Below, piece after piece: positions 40,701 through 53,700 of a stretch of 64,000 nucleotides of DNA. Location of the stretch: contig OZ176053.1 in NCBI GenBank assembly GCA_964247055.1, positions 11,470,001 through 11,534,000 on the forward strand, given 5' to 3'. The position numbers were made by a program, and so were the translations under genes. This DNA comes from Paragordius varius (Eukaryota > Animalia > Nematomorpha). The first letter of the stretch is position 1; the number at the start of each line of letters is the position of its first letter. A model generated the notes under the pieces. It was not told the DNA's origin. It was given only the letters and a program-made list of their open reading frames with translations, and did not search any database.

Positions 40701-40998
40701 TGGATCCAAATCTCCTGATATTTTGTTTTTATATTAGCGTCCTTTGAAGTCAAATGGTTTTTAAGTTCAAGCCCCGCCGCCATACGTATATGGACAGGCA
40801 AATCTTCTCGCCCAATAACATTGGACAACTCTGTTAAAAAAGAAGGCTAAAATTTATTCAATAAGATATACTAAATTATTTTGGGCAGCTTGCCTTAAAT
40901 AATTTTCTGCTTGCTGTAACTCATCCCGATCTAATTCTATTATATCACAAATCACCTGGGGACACAAACTTTGACAAAATACTAACTAATTCTTCCAT
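25710..40998 (-). CDS. KPNB1: Importin subunit beta-1 (karyopherin beta 1), 24 exons, 2829 nt, 942 aa
   Basis: Exons in transcript order: 40998-40956, 40930-40872, 40846-40664, 40593-40396, 39745-39672, 38920-38848, 38762-38703, 38586-38497, 37879-37732, 36839-36727, 35903-35726, 34544-34419, 32649-32531, 32163-32000, 31294-31134, 29947-29862, 29469-29277, 28876-28794, 28565-28458, 27926-27758, 27186-27115, 26595-26554, 26394-26280, 25881-25710. All introns are GT-AG and phase-consistent. Diagnostic motifs include [78 protein letters not shown] and [11 protein letters not shown]. Confidence 0.97.
30070..30310. mobile_element. Tc1/mariner-type MITE family T2 (KPNB1 intron 15)
   Basis: TIRs agtaaaaattgaaattatacgg / ccgtataacttcaatttttact. 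Internal aaaccttaatttttcct is shared with 57905-57925. Confidence 0.65.
30412..30701. mobile_element. Degenerate hAT-like MITE (KPNB1 intron 15); related left ends at ~5832 and ~16450
   Basis: gaaaggatgtccaa / ttggacacccttg, with internal gcggtccgc. Similar ca(a)ggggtg(t/c)ccaac starts occur at 5832 and 16450. No 8-bp TSD confirmed. Confidence 0.45.
32693..33911. mobile_element. ~1.2-kb non-autonomous element, family P2, KPNB1 intron 12
   Basis: Shares ggtccaacacccaagaattttt, ttcgaatggt, tttggctttatatagtca, ttattagggttacattagt and cgagtggca..aaaat in order with 23324-24350. Confidence 0.65.
34585..34875. mobile_element. MITE family B copy (KPNB1 intron 11), opposite orientation to copy 1
   Basis: taccatttacaattc followed by three aaattcaccc(t/c) 21-mers, with inverted 21-mers at 34850-34870. 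Confidence 0.8.
37928..38170. repeat. Fold-back element: ~93-bp inverted arms with ~58-bp spacer (KPNB1 intron 8)
   Basis: 37928-38020 (tttattaaaaaaaaattaagctgaaatgcgtacaaa...tctttatcgaaaaaa) is the near reverse complement of 38079-38170. Confidence 0.85.
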
Positions 40999-41286
40999 GC
41001 GCACATTTGAATTATAAGTTTAACCTGTAAATGTCTTAACATATGTCCTCTGATTGCGGCACGCAAATAACTGTACACCAAATAATGTGCAATACCAAAT
41101 ATTTTTGCCCTAAAATTGTACTATTAAATAACAAATTAGAATAATTTCCTTAATATATTATTTTTTAGTTAAATTCGATAAATGTGGTAATTTCAATATG
41201 TGGCAGGAAAGTGATTTTTTTTATTTTCTTAGTTTGTAAAGTATTAGAAGCTGAAGTTTTTGCCTCATACATAAATATCTAATATA

Positions 41287-42078
41287 GGGTCGGGTGATAA
41301 AAAAGTCGCACTTGACTTGTAAGCCAAGCGTGGCAAGTTGAGCAAGATTACTTAAGCCAGCAAGTGACTTGAAGATCGGTGATAAAAAAAACACTTAAGT
41401 CAACTCTTTTGTTTATGAATGTAACAGTTTTTTGCCACCCAATTCGAATTTTATGGAAACTTTTTTGATCATTTTCAGCTAAAATATATGAAATAAGGCA
41501 CAAATAGATAAATAATAAAAACTTCGAAATAAATTTATGATGAAACAAATTCTTTACATTGGTTAATAGTGAAGTTTTGCTTATAAACTAAGATTTGAAA
41601 TTTTACAAGATTAATATTTAATTATTAATTTTAAGAAATTTTCGAGATTCAATTTTTTTTGCGGTCACGGAATTGATATATTTAGCATATTTTTATCCAT
41701 GTTATTAAATATTAGCAGAGTTTATCTATAAATTTATCTTCTTTTATATCCACCCAATGAATAAATTAATTAGCCAAAGTTTATAAAATTAACAACTTAT
41801 AGCATTAACAAAGGTTTGAATTACATATAAAACCTAAATTTTATACATAGTTTCCAGAATAATTTTATCCATATTTTTAAATCTGTCAAGTGTGCCCTAC
41901 ACCACACTTGCAAAATCTTTAAGTTTTACTTGATCATATGATTTTTTATCACCTCCTTGTCAAGTTTTCTTGCTTGACTTAAGTCGTGTAATGTTAAATT
42001 TTTTTTATCACATGAAAGCAAGCCATGACTTGAAAAACTTGCAAGTCAAGTCAAAAAAATTTTTTTATCACCCGACCC
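41287..42078 (+). mobile_element. PIF/Harbinger-like MITE family H, copy 1 (792 bp)
   Basis: TIR GGGTCGGGTGATAAAAAA, 3-bp TSD ATA (41284-41286 and 42079-42081), repeated subterminal TGATAAAAA and CTTGACTTG motifs. Confidence 0.8.
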
Positions 42079-42984
42079 ATACATGCACTATTATATATAT
42101 AAAGAGACAAAAGAATATCCATTTATGTTAATATAAATTGGATATATAAGCATCTGGAATTTATTTTTTTGTTAAATGAAAATAATAATCGGCGTTTTGC
42201 CATTACTGTTGATACTTTTTCTAGGAAAGCACAGTGCTAGCTCGCCTCTAAGTTCACTTTGCATAACATGTCACCTGTGAGGGCAATACCTTTGTCAAGA
42301 TTGAACGTATTGGCAGATTAATTACATAATGAAATTAGCTATTAAGGTATTCTGCAATAAAAACTTGATACCCGCCCAGTCTACTAATAAGAAAAGGTGG
42401 CATGAGTGCTGTGTTTTTATGGAGTGTGTACCTAAGCAGAGCCTTATTTTTTGACTAGTGATGAATATTTTATTCAAAAACTATGAGCGGGCCAATTAAA
42501 GAATGTATACAGTGAAACGGCTACATTGCGCAAAAGGATAGTGTCGACGAGAAAGCCGCCTTCAGTAACTAAATTCAAGAAAGGTTGATACGTGGGGGAC
42601 TGTTTGTGGTTGTCTGCATTTAATACCTTGTTAGGGGTAAATAATTCATATTACATCATAATCATTTAATTAATCTTTGCTGTATTATGTTTTACTTTGT
42701 ATAATAATAGTTAAAATCAAAAAAGGAGTGGCTCCACCTGCCCTAAAAGGTGTGAAAGCGCAGAAATGTGGTAGGGGCGTCATAGACAGTGGCTGTAGGG
42801 AGAGTGCCTGTCACATCCTTTCCTAGATACTTGGATTATTAAATCAGCAAAGGCAAGTGTATTTTTTTAAAAATCAAAGAAAATAAGTGAACACCAATTA
42901 AACTATTAATTATAACTTGTTTTTTAATTAATACTTCCAATTCTATAATTACAATTATCTTATTTAATTATTATAATTATTTAA

Positions 42985-44526
42985 TACTTCTATTCGAATT
43001 GGGGTATCTCAATACCCCCAATACTTAAGTTGATATTTAAAAAAAATTACAGAAAAAACGGTTCTAATTTAAAGCTTCTATCATCATAAAAATTATAGAA
43101 ATACCAGAACAATAAATAAATGGTTTTGTAAAAAAAATTCCGTATCATACTAGTACTGACGCCATTTTTATTTCACAATATTTTTGCAAAATATAGTTTT
43201 TATTTGATTCTAAGTATTAAATTAACTTCACTTTTTTATTAAAACATTTAACACTGTAAACATAAGTGGTATATTTTGCATTATTTTATATTTAGCATAT
43301 TCACATACATATGCAATGTTGGCTATATTTTTACCTTTAGTTTACCTCGAAGTAATATCAAGTATATTGGGTCGGGTGATAAAAAAATTTTTTTGACTTG
43401 ACTTGCAAGTTTTCAAGTCATGGCTTGCTTTCATGTGATAAAAAAAATTTAACATTAGTCGACTTAAGTCAAGCAAGAAAACTTGATAAGGAAATGATAA
43501 AAATCATATGTTCAAGTAAAACATAAAGATTTTGCAAGTGTGGTAGGGCACACTTGACAGATTTAAAAATATGGATAAAATTATTTTGGAAACTATTTAT
43601 ATACAAAATTTAGGTTTTATATGTAATTCAAACCTTTATTAATACTATAAATTGTTAATTTGATAAATTTTGGCTAATAAATCTATTCATTGGGTGGATA
43701 CAAAAGAGGATAAATTAGAAAAACTCTGCTAATATTAAAAAACATGGCACATAAAAATATGCTAAATATATCAATTCCGTGACCGCAAAAAAAATTGGAT
43801 TCTAGAAAATTTCTTAAAATTAATAATTAAATATTAATCTTGTAAAATTTCAAATCTTCGTTTATTAAAAGCAAAACTTCACTTTTATCTAATGTAAAGA
43901 ATTTATTTCATCATAAATTTATTTCGAATGTAATGCTTATAATCAATTAAAAATGATTATGTTATATTGTATAAACATCTTCCCATTATATTTGCAAATG
44001 GACATCAAACAAAATGAGTAGTGTGGAATAATGGACAGTGTTTTAAGGGCGAATGGTTTCATCAATCTAAAAATTATTACCAGGCTCACAATTTAAAAAA
44101 CTCTATAATATTATATAAGATACGTGCCAGTGAGTTTGAAAAACTTTAATAAATGCATATTGTATTTATTGTTTATCTTTTTGTGCCTTATTTCATAAAT
44201 TTTAGCTGAAAATGATCAAAAAAATTTGCATAAAATTCGAATTGGATGGCAAAAAACTGTTACATTCATAAGCAAATACTTGTCTTTATCACCAATCTTC
44301 AAGCGTACACTTTCTGGCTTAAGTAATCTTGCTCAACTTGCCACGCTTAGCTTACAAGTCAAGTGCGACTTTTTATCACCCCACCCATTGAATGAATGTA
44401 ATATCGCAAACTTTTGCCATCAATTTATTCCATATTTTTCGAAATATTTAATTTTAAACAAGCCTGGAGTATCAAGCGACCCCAATTTTAATCGAAGGAC
44501 TGAAATGAATGTGTTGTATCAAAGTA
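42985..44526. mobile_element. piggyBac-like MITE family P1, copy interrupted by a Harbinger-like MITE
   Basis: TTAA|TACTT...AAGTA|TTAA. 42985-43368 and 44387-44526 are colinear with 17459-17989. Confidence 0.8.
43369..44386 (-). mobile_element. PIF/Harbinger-like MITE family H, copy 2 (inverted; ~230 bp extra segment at ~43929-44161)
   Basis: Reverse complement of 41287-42078, with 3-bp TSD ATT (43366-43368 and 44387-44389). Confidence 0.8.
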
Positions 44527-47500
44527 TTAATAAATTTAATATTATGAAAGGAGACAGGATAGATCAGCCCAGCATCTGAGCTAAGGTAATTTGATAGGCC
44601 AATAAAACTAAAAAGGCTTTCTTTTTATTAATTTCCTACCAATTTAATAGCGCGCTGACGGATTGGTTTGTGAATAAATCAATAGTTGGAGCGTTAAATT
44701 CATCAGCGTTCCGATCAAACGCACAACTGAAAAAGTTGACTCATCATATGAATATTTCCTTTATTTATTTTATTGAGTTTATTTTGCTTGCTAATTTGCA
44801 TTTTAAATTTAATTTTATTACGGAATTCGATTTGAAACAAAGCAAATTGTAAAGTCATTGCTGAACGGGGCCTTTACCACCCCAATGACGATTCCAATAT
44901 GATTTCATATGTAAACCTATTATCTATTGCAAATAAAATGTATTTACGGTCTTTAGTGTATTTTACAAAAAAAGTTAAATGGTATATAACATTATCTGCC
45001 AAGTAATTTTACGGTTTTGTGATAACTTTGTAGTTATGATAAATTATCTTGTTGTTTAAATTGGATTTCTGAGTATTTATATAGATGAGTTATGTTCACA
45101 CTTCCGGCAGTCGGATACCGACAGCGTCGCGCTATTCCAAAGTTAATTATAGTTCGGTGGTGCGGCCCACGAATTTTGTTGACTGTTATTTAAACAGTCT
45201 GTAAAAAATTAACAATTTCAAAATTTATCGATATGTTAAAAATATTTTAGCAAACAAGAAATTTTTCGTTAATACTTTATCGTTTATTTTTTTAATATTT
45301 CACTTCAAAAAAAATTTCCAATAAATATATGAATAAATATAAAAAGGAAAGGTGTCACTTGTTTTAAGACGCGCAACTGTTTGGCCTCTTCAATGCTGTT
45401 TAATTATTTAGATTAAGTGAGTCAACAGTTCGGAGCTGTTTCATATATTAAAGCTGTGAAGAAAACCGCACTGAACGCGTCATTAAAAACACTATTAGAA
45501 TGCTGTGATTTGTCAGTACAAAGATTGCCTTATCATTTGAAAAGTTATGAAAAGATTATCTACACACTTACTCCTCTTATATAACAAACAATATATATAT
45601 GCTTTCATGAATGTAAATTAATTTTTATATAAAACATGGGTTTTAGAGGATAAGGTTAAAATTTTGATAAGGCTGCTACAGTTTGTCAAAAAATTGTACG
45701 ATTCTGGCTAAAGCCAACCGGATACTTTGACTATATATCGTTTGAATACAGTAAATAACTTGTTAAATAATAATAATAATCGTATAATATCAAAAAAATC
45801 TCATAGAGTTACAGCCCTAACCAAATTGATCTTGATCAATGGCATCATATATATGTATTATTTATATATATAATTGGAAGGCTTAATTTTTTAGAAGATA
45901 AGTATGGAGGTATGATTAATATTTGAGGGAATTGCGATATTTAAAATTTTAGTATGTTCATATATAAACAATAATGCTCATATCATCATCTCCTTTATCG
46001 GATAGACTTTTAAGTTATATATGCATTGATACTTAAAAGTTTTACAAAATCCATATAAATTTTTAATTTTTTATTGAGTCAATATTCTAGAATAATATTA
46101 AGTATCCAGAATTTTCCATAGGATACTCTATATATTTTTCTCAAATAAATTTTGGTAATACACATAATATTTGTTATCGTAGAAATAACGCATTATTTAC
46201 AATTTTATTGGGTGAGTAAAATGATGTAATTAGCAATCATCAATAAATATCGTTAATGTTAAAACTTTATATGGATATTGATGAGTAGCTCGCTTTCAAT
46301 ACACTTTATATATTATCATAAAATTTAGGAGTTTGCAAAATTATTTTAAGCGTAAATACCGGAAGTAATAAAATGATATTACAAGGATGTTTAACAAATA
46401 ATTTGTTCTACTTTGTATCTGCATATTATGCCACGTATCCAAAAAATAGATAAAACATCTAAATGTTTTTGAGCCATATAATTATTTTATAATTAATTTT
46501 ATATAACTTTTATCTTTGTTTCGATATGTGGAAATATATAGTCTTAATTTTATCAATCATTACCGGTGTTTTGGTAATTCATGGCTTTATTAATAAAGGT
46601 AAATTAATTGATTTAATAACATAAGGGATAATTTTATATTGATGCATTAAATTTTTTGATAGTGACAAATTATTTTAGGTTTTAATATAAATAAAAACGT
46701 ATGTGTTAGTTTTTTTAATATACTATCACTTATTATAAATTATAATATTGACCGAATACATAGCAACTGAAAATGAATTTGAATTATGTTTAATATTAAA
46801 CGGGTATTAAAACAAATATTTCATTAGTAATCAGGGCCAAAGAAATTTTAAAAATTAATAAATAATGATAAAAGAATTTATTTATTCGTGTTTTAATAAA
46901 TATAATTTCGTGCATTATAAAAAAATACTTAATTCGGATCATCGCTTTATTATAAATATAGATTAATAAACATACTATATTTTTTTAACTGTTATCATTT
47001 TAGGTTTTTAAATTAATATTCAAATATACTTTTTGCGATTAAAAAAGATCGAATAAAAATATTTCATATCCAGTCTTTGCTTAAACGTTAGGGATTGTAC
47101 TGTCACATTGTAATTATTGAGCTTTTTAATGTTTGAAAAAATATCGATAGTTAATATAATTAAATATGCCTCTACATTAAATCTTACTATTAAATTTTTA
47201 GAATTTTCCAAATAACCCATTTAAAGCACCATTATTATAAGAATAATAATATTTTATTTTAAACAACAACTGAAATTAAATAAAGTTCGCAACAATAATC
47301 CCGTAGTTTTATATAATTGTTAATTTAAATCCGATTCTTTCTATTCAAAGCACCACTATAGCAGATTATCTGTTAAAACAGCTGTACACTTTTAATTTTA
47401 TTGACACTACGGTTTAATTTAAATATTTAAGAAGGGTCAATATTTTGAGGGTCAAATTTGAAATTATATTTATCATATATTGTAGAAGAGTTATCAAAGG

Positions 47501-50500
47501 TATGTATATTATTGTTAAGATTTAATATATTTAACGTTTAATTTTAAGCGTCAAAGTTAAATACGCCGATCTCAATTACAAAAAAAAAGAAAATAATCCA
47601 AACTAAAATATGCTGACAAATTATATGTTTATAATTTGCTTACTAACTTGCCTATTTTGAAATGTGCCAAATTTAGGACCAAAAAAGTAGTTTTTAATTT
47701 TAGTGCTTTCAGACTTCAAAATATGGGACGTGGCATATAAAGAATAAATAAACACCTGAGTTTAAGCATCAGCTGTTATTAAATATTTAAAATAATATTT
47801 TTGCACGATTAAATGAATATACTTTTGTGTTTTAACACTTAGGTTCAATATTAAAAAAGTGGAGCATGTAAAACGGAAAAAACAGAATATAATCAAAAGT
47901 ACGCAATAAAATCTCGCCAAAATTTATATTACGGGTTTTAAAAGGTGAAAAATTTTACCTAAGCATAAGTTTTGTCTAAAATTTTTCCACACTTACTTCT
48001 GGTTTGTTAAAACATGTAATTAATTCGTTCACTCCCTAAATAAATCAACAAAAAATTTAAGTTTATATTTCAAATAACATTACACAACTTATCTTTTATA
48101 ATTATTAAGTTTGGTTTATTTTTATCATAAATTTTCAGAATTTTGATAATTTTGTTTATAATTTATAACTACCGTTTATTAATAAAAATATTTTTTTTTG
48201 TAAACATCTTCTAATGTACACCATGCTTATAACTCATCGAAATCAGAATATTAAATAAAATTTGCACAAGGCATGTTAAATTGTTTTAATACTTATTATA
48301 AGGTTTAACAGTCCATTACCTTTTGGGGCAGTTTTATATGACAGAGGTTTTAAATTGGAATATCCTAAAAAGTATTTAAGGTATTTAGCCGATTTCAAAA
48401 ATATGTTTAGTCTTTTTGGCACATTAAAAAAATTTTTTTATTAATGTAAAATCGTAGAAATTATCGTTTCAAACTTTTTTGTCGCCATTTTATATATATT
48501 TTTTTAAAATCGTTAATGCACAGGAAAATATTGTATATTATGGTTCAAACATGTAAATAATAATTTTAAAAAGCTTCAGACTACATTTTACCAGCAAAAC
48601 TTGATAAATTTGGATTTTAATATCAGCTGTTTATTTCAATCGTGTTTTGTAGCTGTCCCAATTTTAGGCTCTAGAAGTCACAAATCTGTAAAAATTATAA
48701 GTTATAATCCAATACATAAGAACAATGTTTGATAATTAAATTAACTAAAATTACTCAAAACTCTAGTTAAATTGCGGAGCTCTGTGATATAAAACTAGCC
48801 CAAAATGTAAATTAGGAAAAAAAGGTGAAAAGGCACTAAAGTGTTAAGTAAACCAGTTTGGCCATTAAATTAAAACAATTAAAATTTACATTTACTTGTA
48901 TGATATGTTAATTGGTTAGAGCGTCCATTTCTATGGATAAGAAATTAAACCCCCGTAACTGCATAATTTATGCATCAATCACTGTCAGCCTTCGGCATGC
49001 GAATTGTATGATACAAATTTAGTCCTTACTCTTAAAAAATATAATGTAGTATAATTTTTATATATATTTTACGTTAAGACGATGTTTCCGATTATGGTTT
49101 ATGTTAATGAAAGTGGTGTCCCTGAATGCACAAATAATCATTACGAATTAATACCATTCGCTAATTTCTACAGTACTAGTAAGTTATTTTCTATGATGTT
49201 TCTGTAAAAAAATATATAAAAACTGAGATAACATTAAAATTGAGACTTATATTGGGAGGCTAAGGATTCCCCAAGTCGATACCTTTTCGCACGGGTAATA
49301 TAATTTAAAAGGGTTGATATTTAATATGACAAATATTTTTCACTTTCTTTCCCATTAATCACCTTGATTATCTAGGCCGCCAAAACTGTGGTGACCTGTA
49401 ATTGAGTCTTCCCGTTAATACAAATATTTTATAATAAATGTAACACTCATTTTAAAAATATAGGTGTAAAATTGTTTTCATACAATATCTTTTTATATTT
49501 TTGATGATTGGTTAAACTTCATCACATAAAAAACTTTCGCAATCAAATGGCTATATATATATCTAATAATATATTTTTATATAGATATCTTTGCCGATGA
49601 TATTTGTCATTTTGACCTAGGCTCATATTACGGTGTGATATTGGGATCCTCCCTATTTAAGTAAAAACAAAAAATATTATAATATTTTAACATAAAGGAA
49701 CTATAAGAATATAATTTAAACTCTTTTTAAAAGAGAAATCACAGAATTTAATCAAAATTAAGATTTGAATGCTAATTTTAATTTATTAAAAACTTATAAA
49801 ATAATAAAAAAATTGTTAACCGCCTGAGAGTCGATAACTAATTGTTTTTTTGGCCATATTTTGTGTTTAATAATAAATTTGACTTAAGAGTAGATGACAG
49901 CAGTTTGTAATATTTAATGTTCAAATTATACTCAAAAATCAAAATAATCATATGTTAGGTTTGGTTAAAATATTTTTTCTCCTTAATTTGTTCGATTTTA
50001 TGTGTAAACAACATATATAATCGCTTTGAATATCAATAATTTATTTTGCAAAATTATAAATATTGCTCGATTTAGTATATATATTTATTTTTAGCAGTAT
50101 CTAATTTGTTTATTTAGTAAATAGCATGATTTGTTAATTTTTTAGGCTTAATTCCTTAAAAATAAATAACTCATAAAATTTTTGATATTGAAATTGAAAA
50201 GTATGCATTTTGCCTCAACACATGTTATATAATATTTTCAAAAAGTTATAATTTCTCATTTCGAACTTTTAGCCGCCATTTAATTTTAAAACAGCTGTAA
50301 AACTGGCGAAGAAGTGTATTTTGGTTACAAAGTATTTGTCAACTGATAAATTTTAAGGCAGTTACTGTTAATTTCTAATTTTAGTATCATGTCTGAATTG
50401 CACACTCCAAAACTTTAAAATTTGTTTAATTTATTTTAAAAACTTCATTCATGGTATAGATTAATAATAGAGAAACGCATTATTAAATAAAATAGTAAAG

Positions 50501-50780
50501 ACTAAATGCGATTTATTTAATAAAAATTAAGATTATAAATTTTAGTGATTTAGTTCATTCTTTTTCAAAAAATATTGTATGAAATGGTAGATTTCTATGC
50601 TTATATAGGTGCGGGAAAAAGTATTTGATGAAAAAAACCGTTAAAATTAAGATTATACTGGAAAAAATCAATTAACCTTAGAGCTTTGTTAAATTATATG
50701 ATAATTTATATAATAATTAAGATAATGCGTAGTCCTAGATTGACGACAATAATAGCATCGCCTCTTTAGACCAGCTTTAG

Positions 50781-53700
50781 GTTCTATTGCTCACGAATGA
50801 GTCGCTGGATTGGGTTATCGATGTTCGTGATTACTTCTGTTTTTATTATTTGGTGATTTTCTGTGCTATTCTATTGCTAATGTATGAGTGTATTTCATTG
50901 TATCTTGCGCTAATGTCATCAAATATTTTATACCCACCGATTTTCACTCAGTATGATATACCTTAAATACAATTCTTAAAGTAATTTATAACCATATTTT
51001 AGGAATATTGTGGTGAACTCGTCCAATTTTTATGCAAAACTGATACACGAATTAGATTATTTTGAATCTCCCATTCATGATCGAGCCATAAAAATCAATT
51101 CAATGGTTGAGGTATTATATACAGAAAATAGCGAAGGGTTAATATAAAATTAATAAAATGAAGACATGATATTGAAGCTATTTTATTATTAAAATATTAT
51201 CTGGAAATATTTTATACTTGATATTAATTATTACGATTTATTGTACACTACACTGAGGATATAATACTATTGTGTGACATGGTGATTATCCGCACCATTA
51301 CTCTTTTTTAATAACTATTAAATAATTTTTTTAATTGTATTTTTTAAATTTGATATTATCGCTCACTAGCATATTTGGATTAAAACTAAAAGCCTGTTAT
51401 AAAAGGAAAATCGTATGAATATCAGCATTAACTAATTAATTAAATATCATTTTAGGTGCTAATATAGAGGCGAATACTGTATATTGTAATATTTGATAGT
51501 TAACCAATATACAATTATGAAAAAAAACCACTTTTTATTGGGTTGGGTATAGGAACTTCATGACCGTGAATGTGACCGCTCATTAATTAAAATCAATTTC
51601 ATTTTACATATGTTTATTATGAAATAGAAGATTATGAGATAATAAATAGTATAAAACTCATATTTCATACAAAATTTCATATTCTTATAATCATTTAATT
51701 CTTTATTTTATCATTTAAATTTAAATAATTATGAAAAGGTAAAATTAATTGACATGTTCTCGCCAGAGAGAGAGAGGTTTTACTTTTTAGACCGGTCCAA
51801 AACCCAACCCTTTTTTATTAATTATTAAAGATTAAATCATATATCTAACAGGTAAATGACCCCAAAGAATGGAACGTGTTAAATTTAACAAGCGGTGAGA
51901 AAATAGATCTATCGGATAAGGTATTTTTTAAGAAAATAAATTACACATGGTTGTTCCGAGACAATAACATTGCCTTCTATTTTGAAGAAAATGATATTAG
52001 TTTGGTGGAAATTTTAAACATTAATTTTATCATATAAAGTTTGAAGGTGTTATTTTAGTGTAAACGGGGTCATGTATGTGACATTATATCTACATTAATA
52101 GGCTAAAATTAAAAAAATGTATCCTAAAACTTCGGCAATAAAAATCTTAACTGGAAACGGATACAAAAATATGTCTTAATCTAAAACGATTACTAGAATT
52201 TGATAATTACGATAAAATCATTACTTATCTTTCATGGCATGATTATTACTTTTATTGAGATGGGAATGGACAAAGATTATAAAATCCTTACAAATGCAAA
52301 AACGCTTCCTAGCATCAAATAAAATGGGATACTATTTGACATACAAGATATATGTTAATTTTCTTAAATTTTATAGAATTGGACATGGGCAAAACAAATG
52401 CAAGATGGAATTGAATATTACATGGTCAACAACACTGCTCCACATAAATGTTTACGGTGCATCTTTACGTCATGGCCTCAAGGCTTCCACGAGTTATATA
52501 TCCATATAAAAAATTGTAATTTTTTAAAATATTGCTTTTCATATGAAATAATTTAATTAGGCAAGTCTGCTAGGTTAATTTTGTCTTGTCCGTTACTGAG
52601 GCTGCTTTTAAAAAAATCAGTCTCTAGATTTTTAACATATGTTAAACAAATGATACATAGAAACATAAGGTAATGTGTGAATAATTTTCGATAATTACAT
52701 TATATTATATTATATCATGCTATATAAAAATTTCTTAAATTATAAACAAATGTTAGGTGTCGAAATACTTTGTAATTATAATATTTGTATGTTTTATACT
52801 TAAAAATTAAAATAAAAAACTAATTGATTAAATTTCGAAATAAATATTAAAAACACATTCAAAACATTGAATATTAAATAAAAATACCTAAAAGTTTTAT
52901 AGTGCTATGTGAATAAACCGCCTTGTGTCCGATAAATAAACCGGCTTTGGTCAAACGGTTCCGCTCAAATGTCTTATGCAAAAACAGATGGAAAAATGTT
53001 AAGACCATTTATGGATATCTATAAGTCACATTCGAGCCGGCTCATTCTCATGGCTCACTCACATAGGCTAAAATATGAGTTAAATTCGGCCCTAAATGTT
53101 TTTTCCTGCATTAGTTGTAATCTGGGTGGCATTATCCTAAACCCAATAATCTATATACTTATAAAAATAATTTCATTATGAATTATTTTATATATGTGTG
53201 TTTAGGTACAAATGTACAATCTCTTAGTTACAGGTAGGTATTTTTCCTGTTTTTTTTCCATTTTATATAATTAGCAGGGCTTGGAATCAGTAACCAGTAT
53301 CATGAATAATCCTTGTTTTAAAATAATTTTAACTAAGATTATTATTAATCACAAATGATATGGTGAAAATATTTTTTTTATATAATTTAATTTTTTAAAA
53401 AATTTAATTTTTTTTATAATATATTGGATATTTAAATAATTAAATGATAGATTCTAATATTTTTGATAGTTTTATAATTGCGCACAAACATAAATGCCTT
53501 ACGCGCCACATTTTTGATTTAAAACTCGGCGGGCAACATCTATAATGACATTCATAGATATTTTAACATCAGATTGATAATTACAAATAGAATGGAACAA
53601 ACAATTTTTCCGAGTTCTTTGTCTTTGCCAATTTAGATTTTTTGAGAATATTTATTTATGAAAAATTATTTTTACCAAGTTTGTAGTGAGATATTTTAAA

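Noticed and set aside
41348-44579. ORFs 41348-41548 (-) and 44226-44579 (+) sharing HKIRIGWQKTVTFI
   Set aside because: The shared peptide simply reflects the two inverted MITE copies; there are no transposase motifs.
45360-45590. ~70-codon frame with one internal stop, faintly hAT-transposase-like
   Set aside because: No diagnostic motif could be confirmed.
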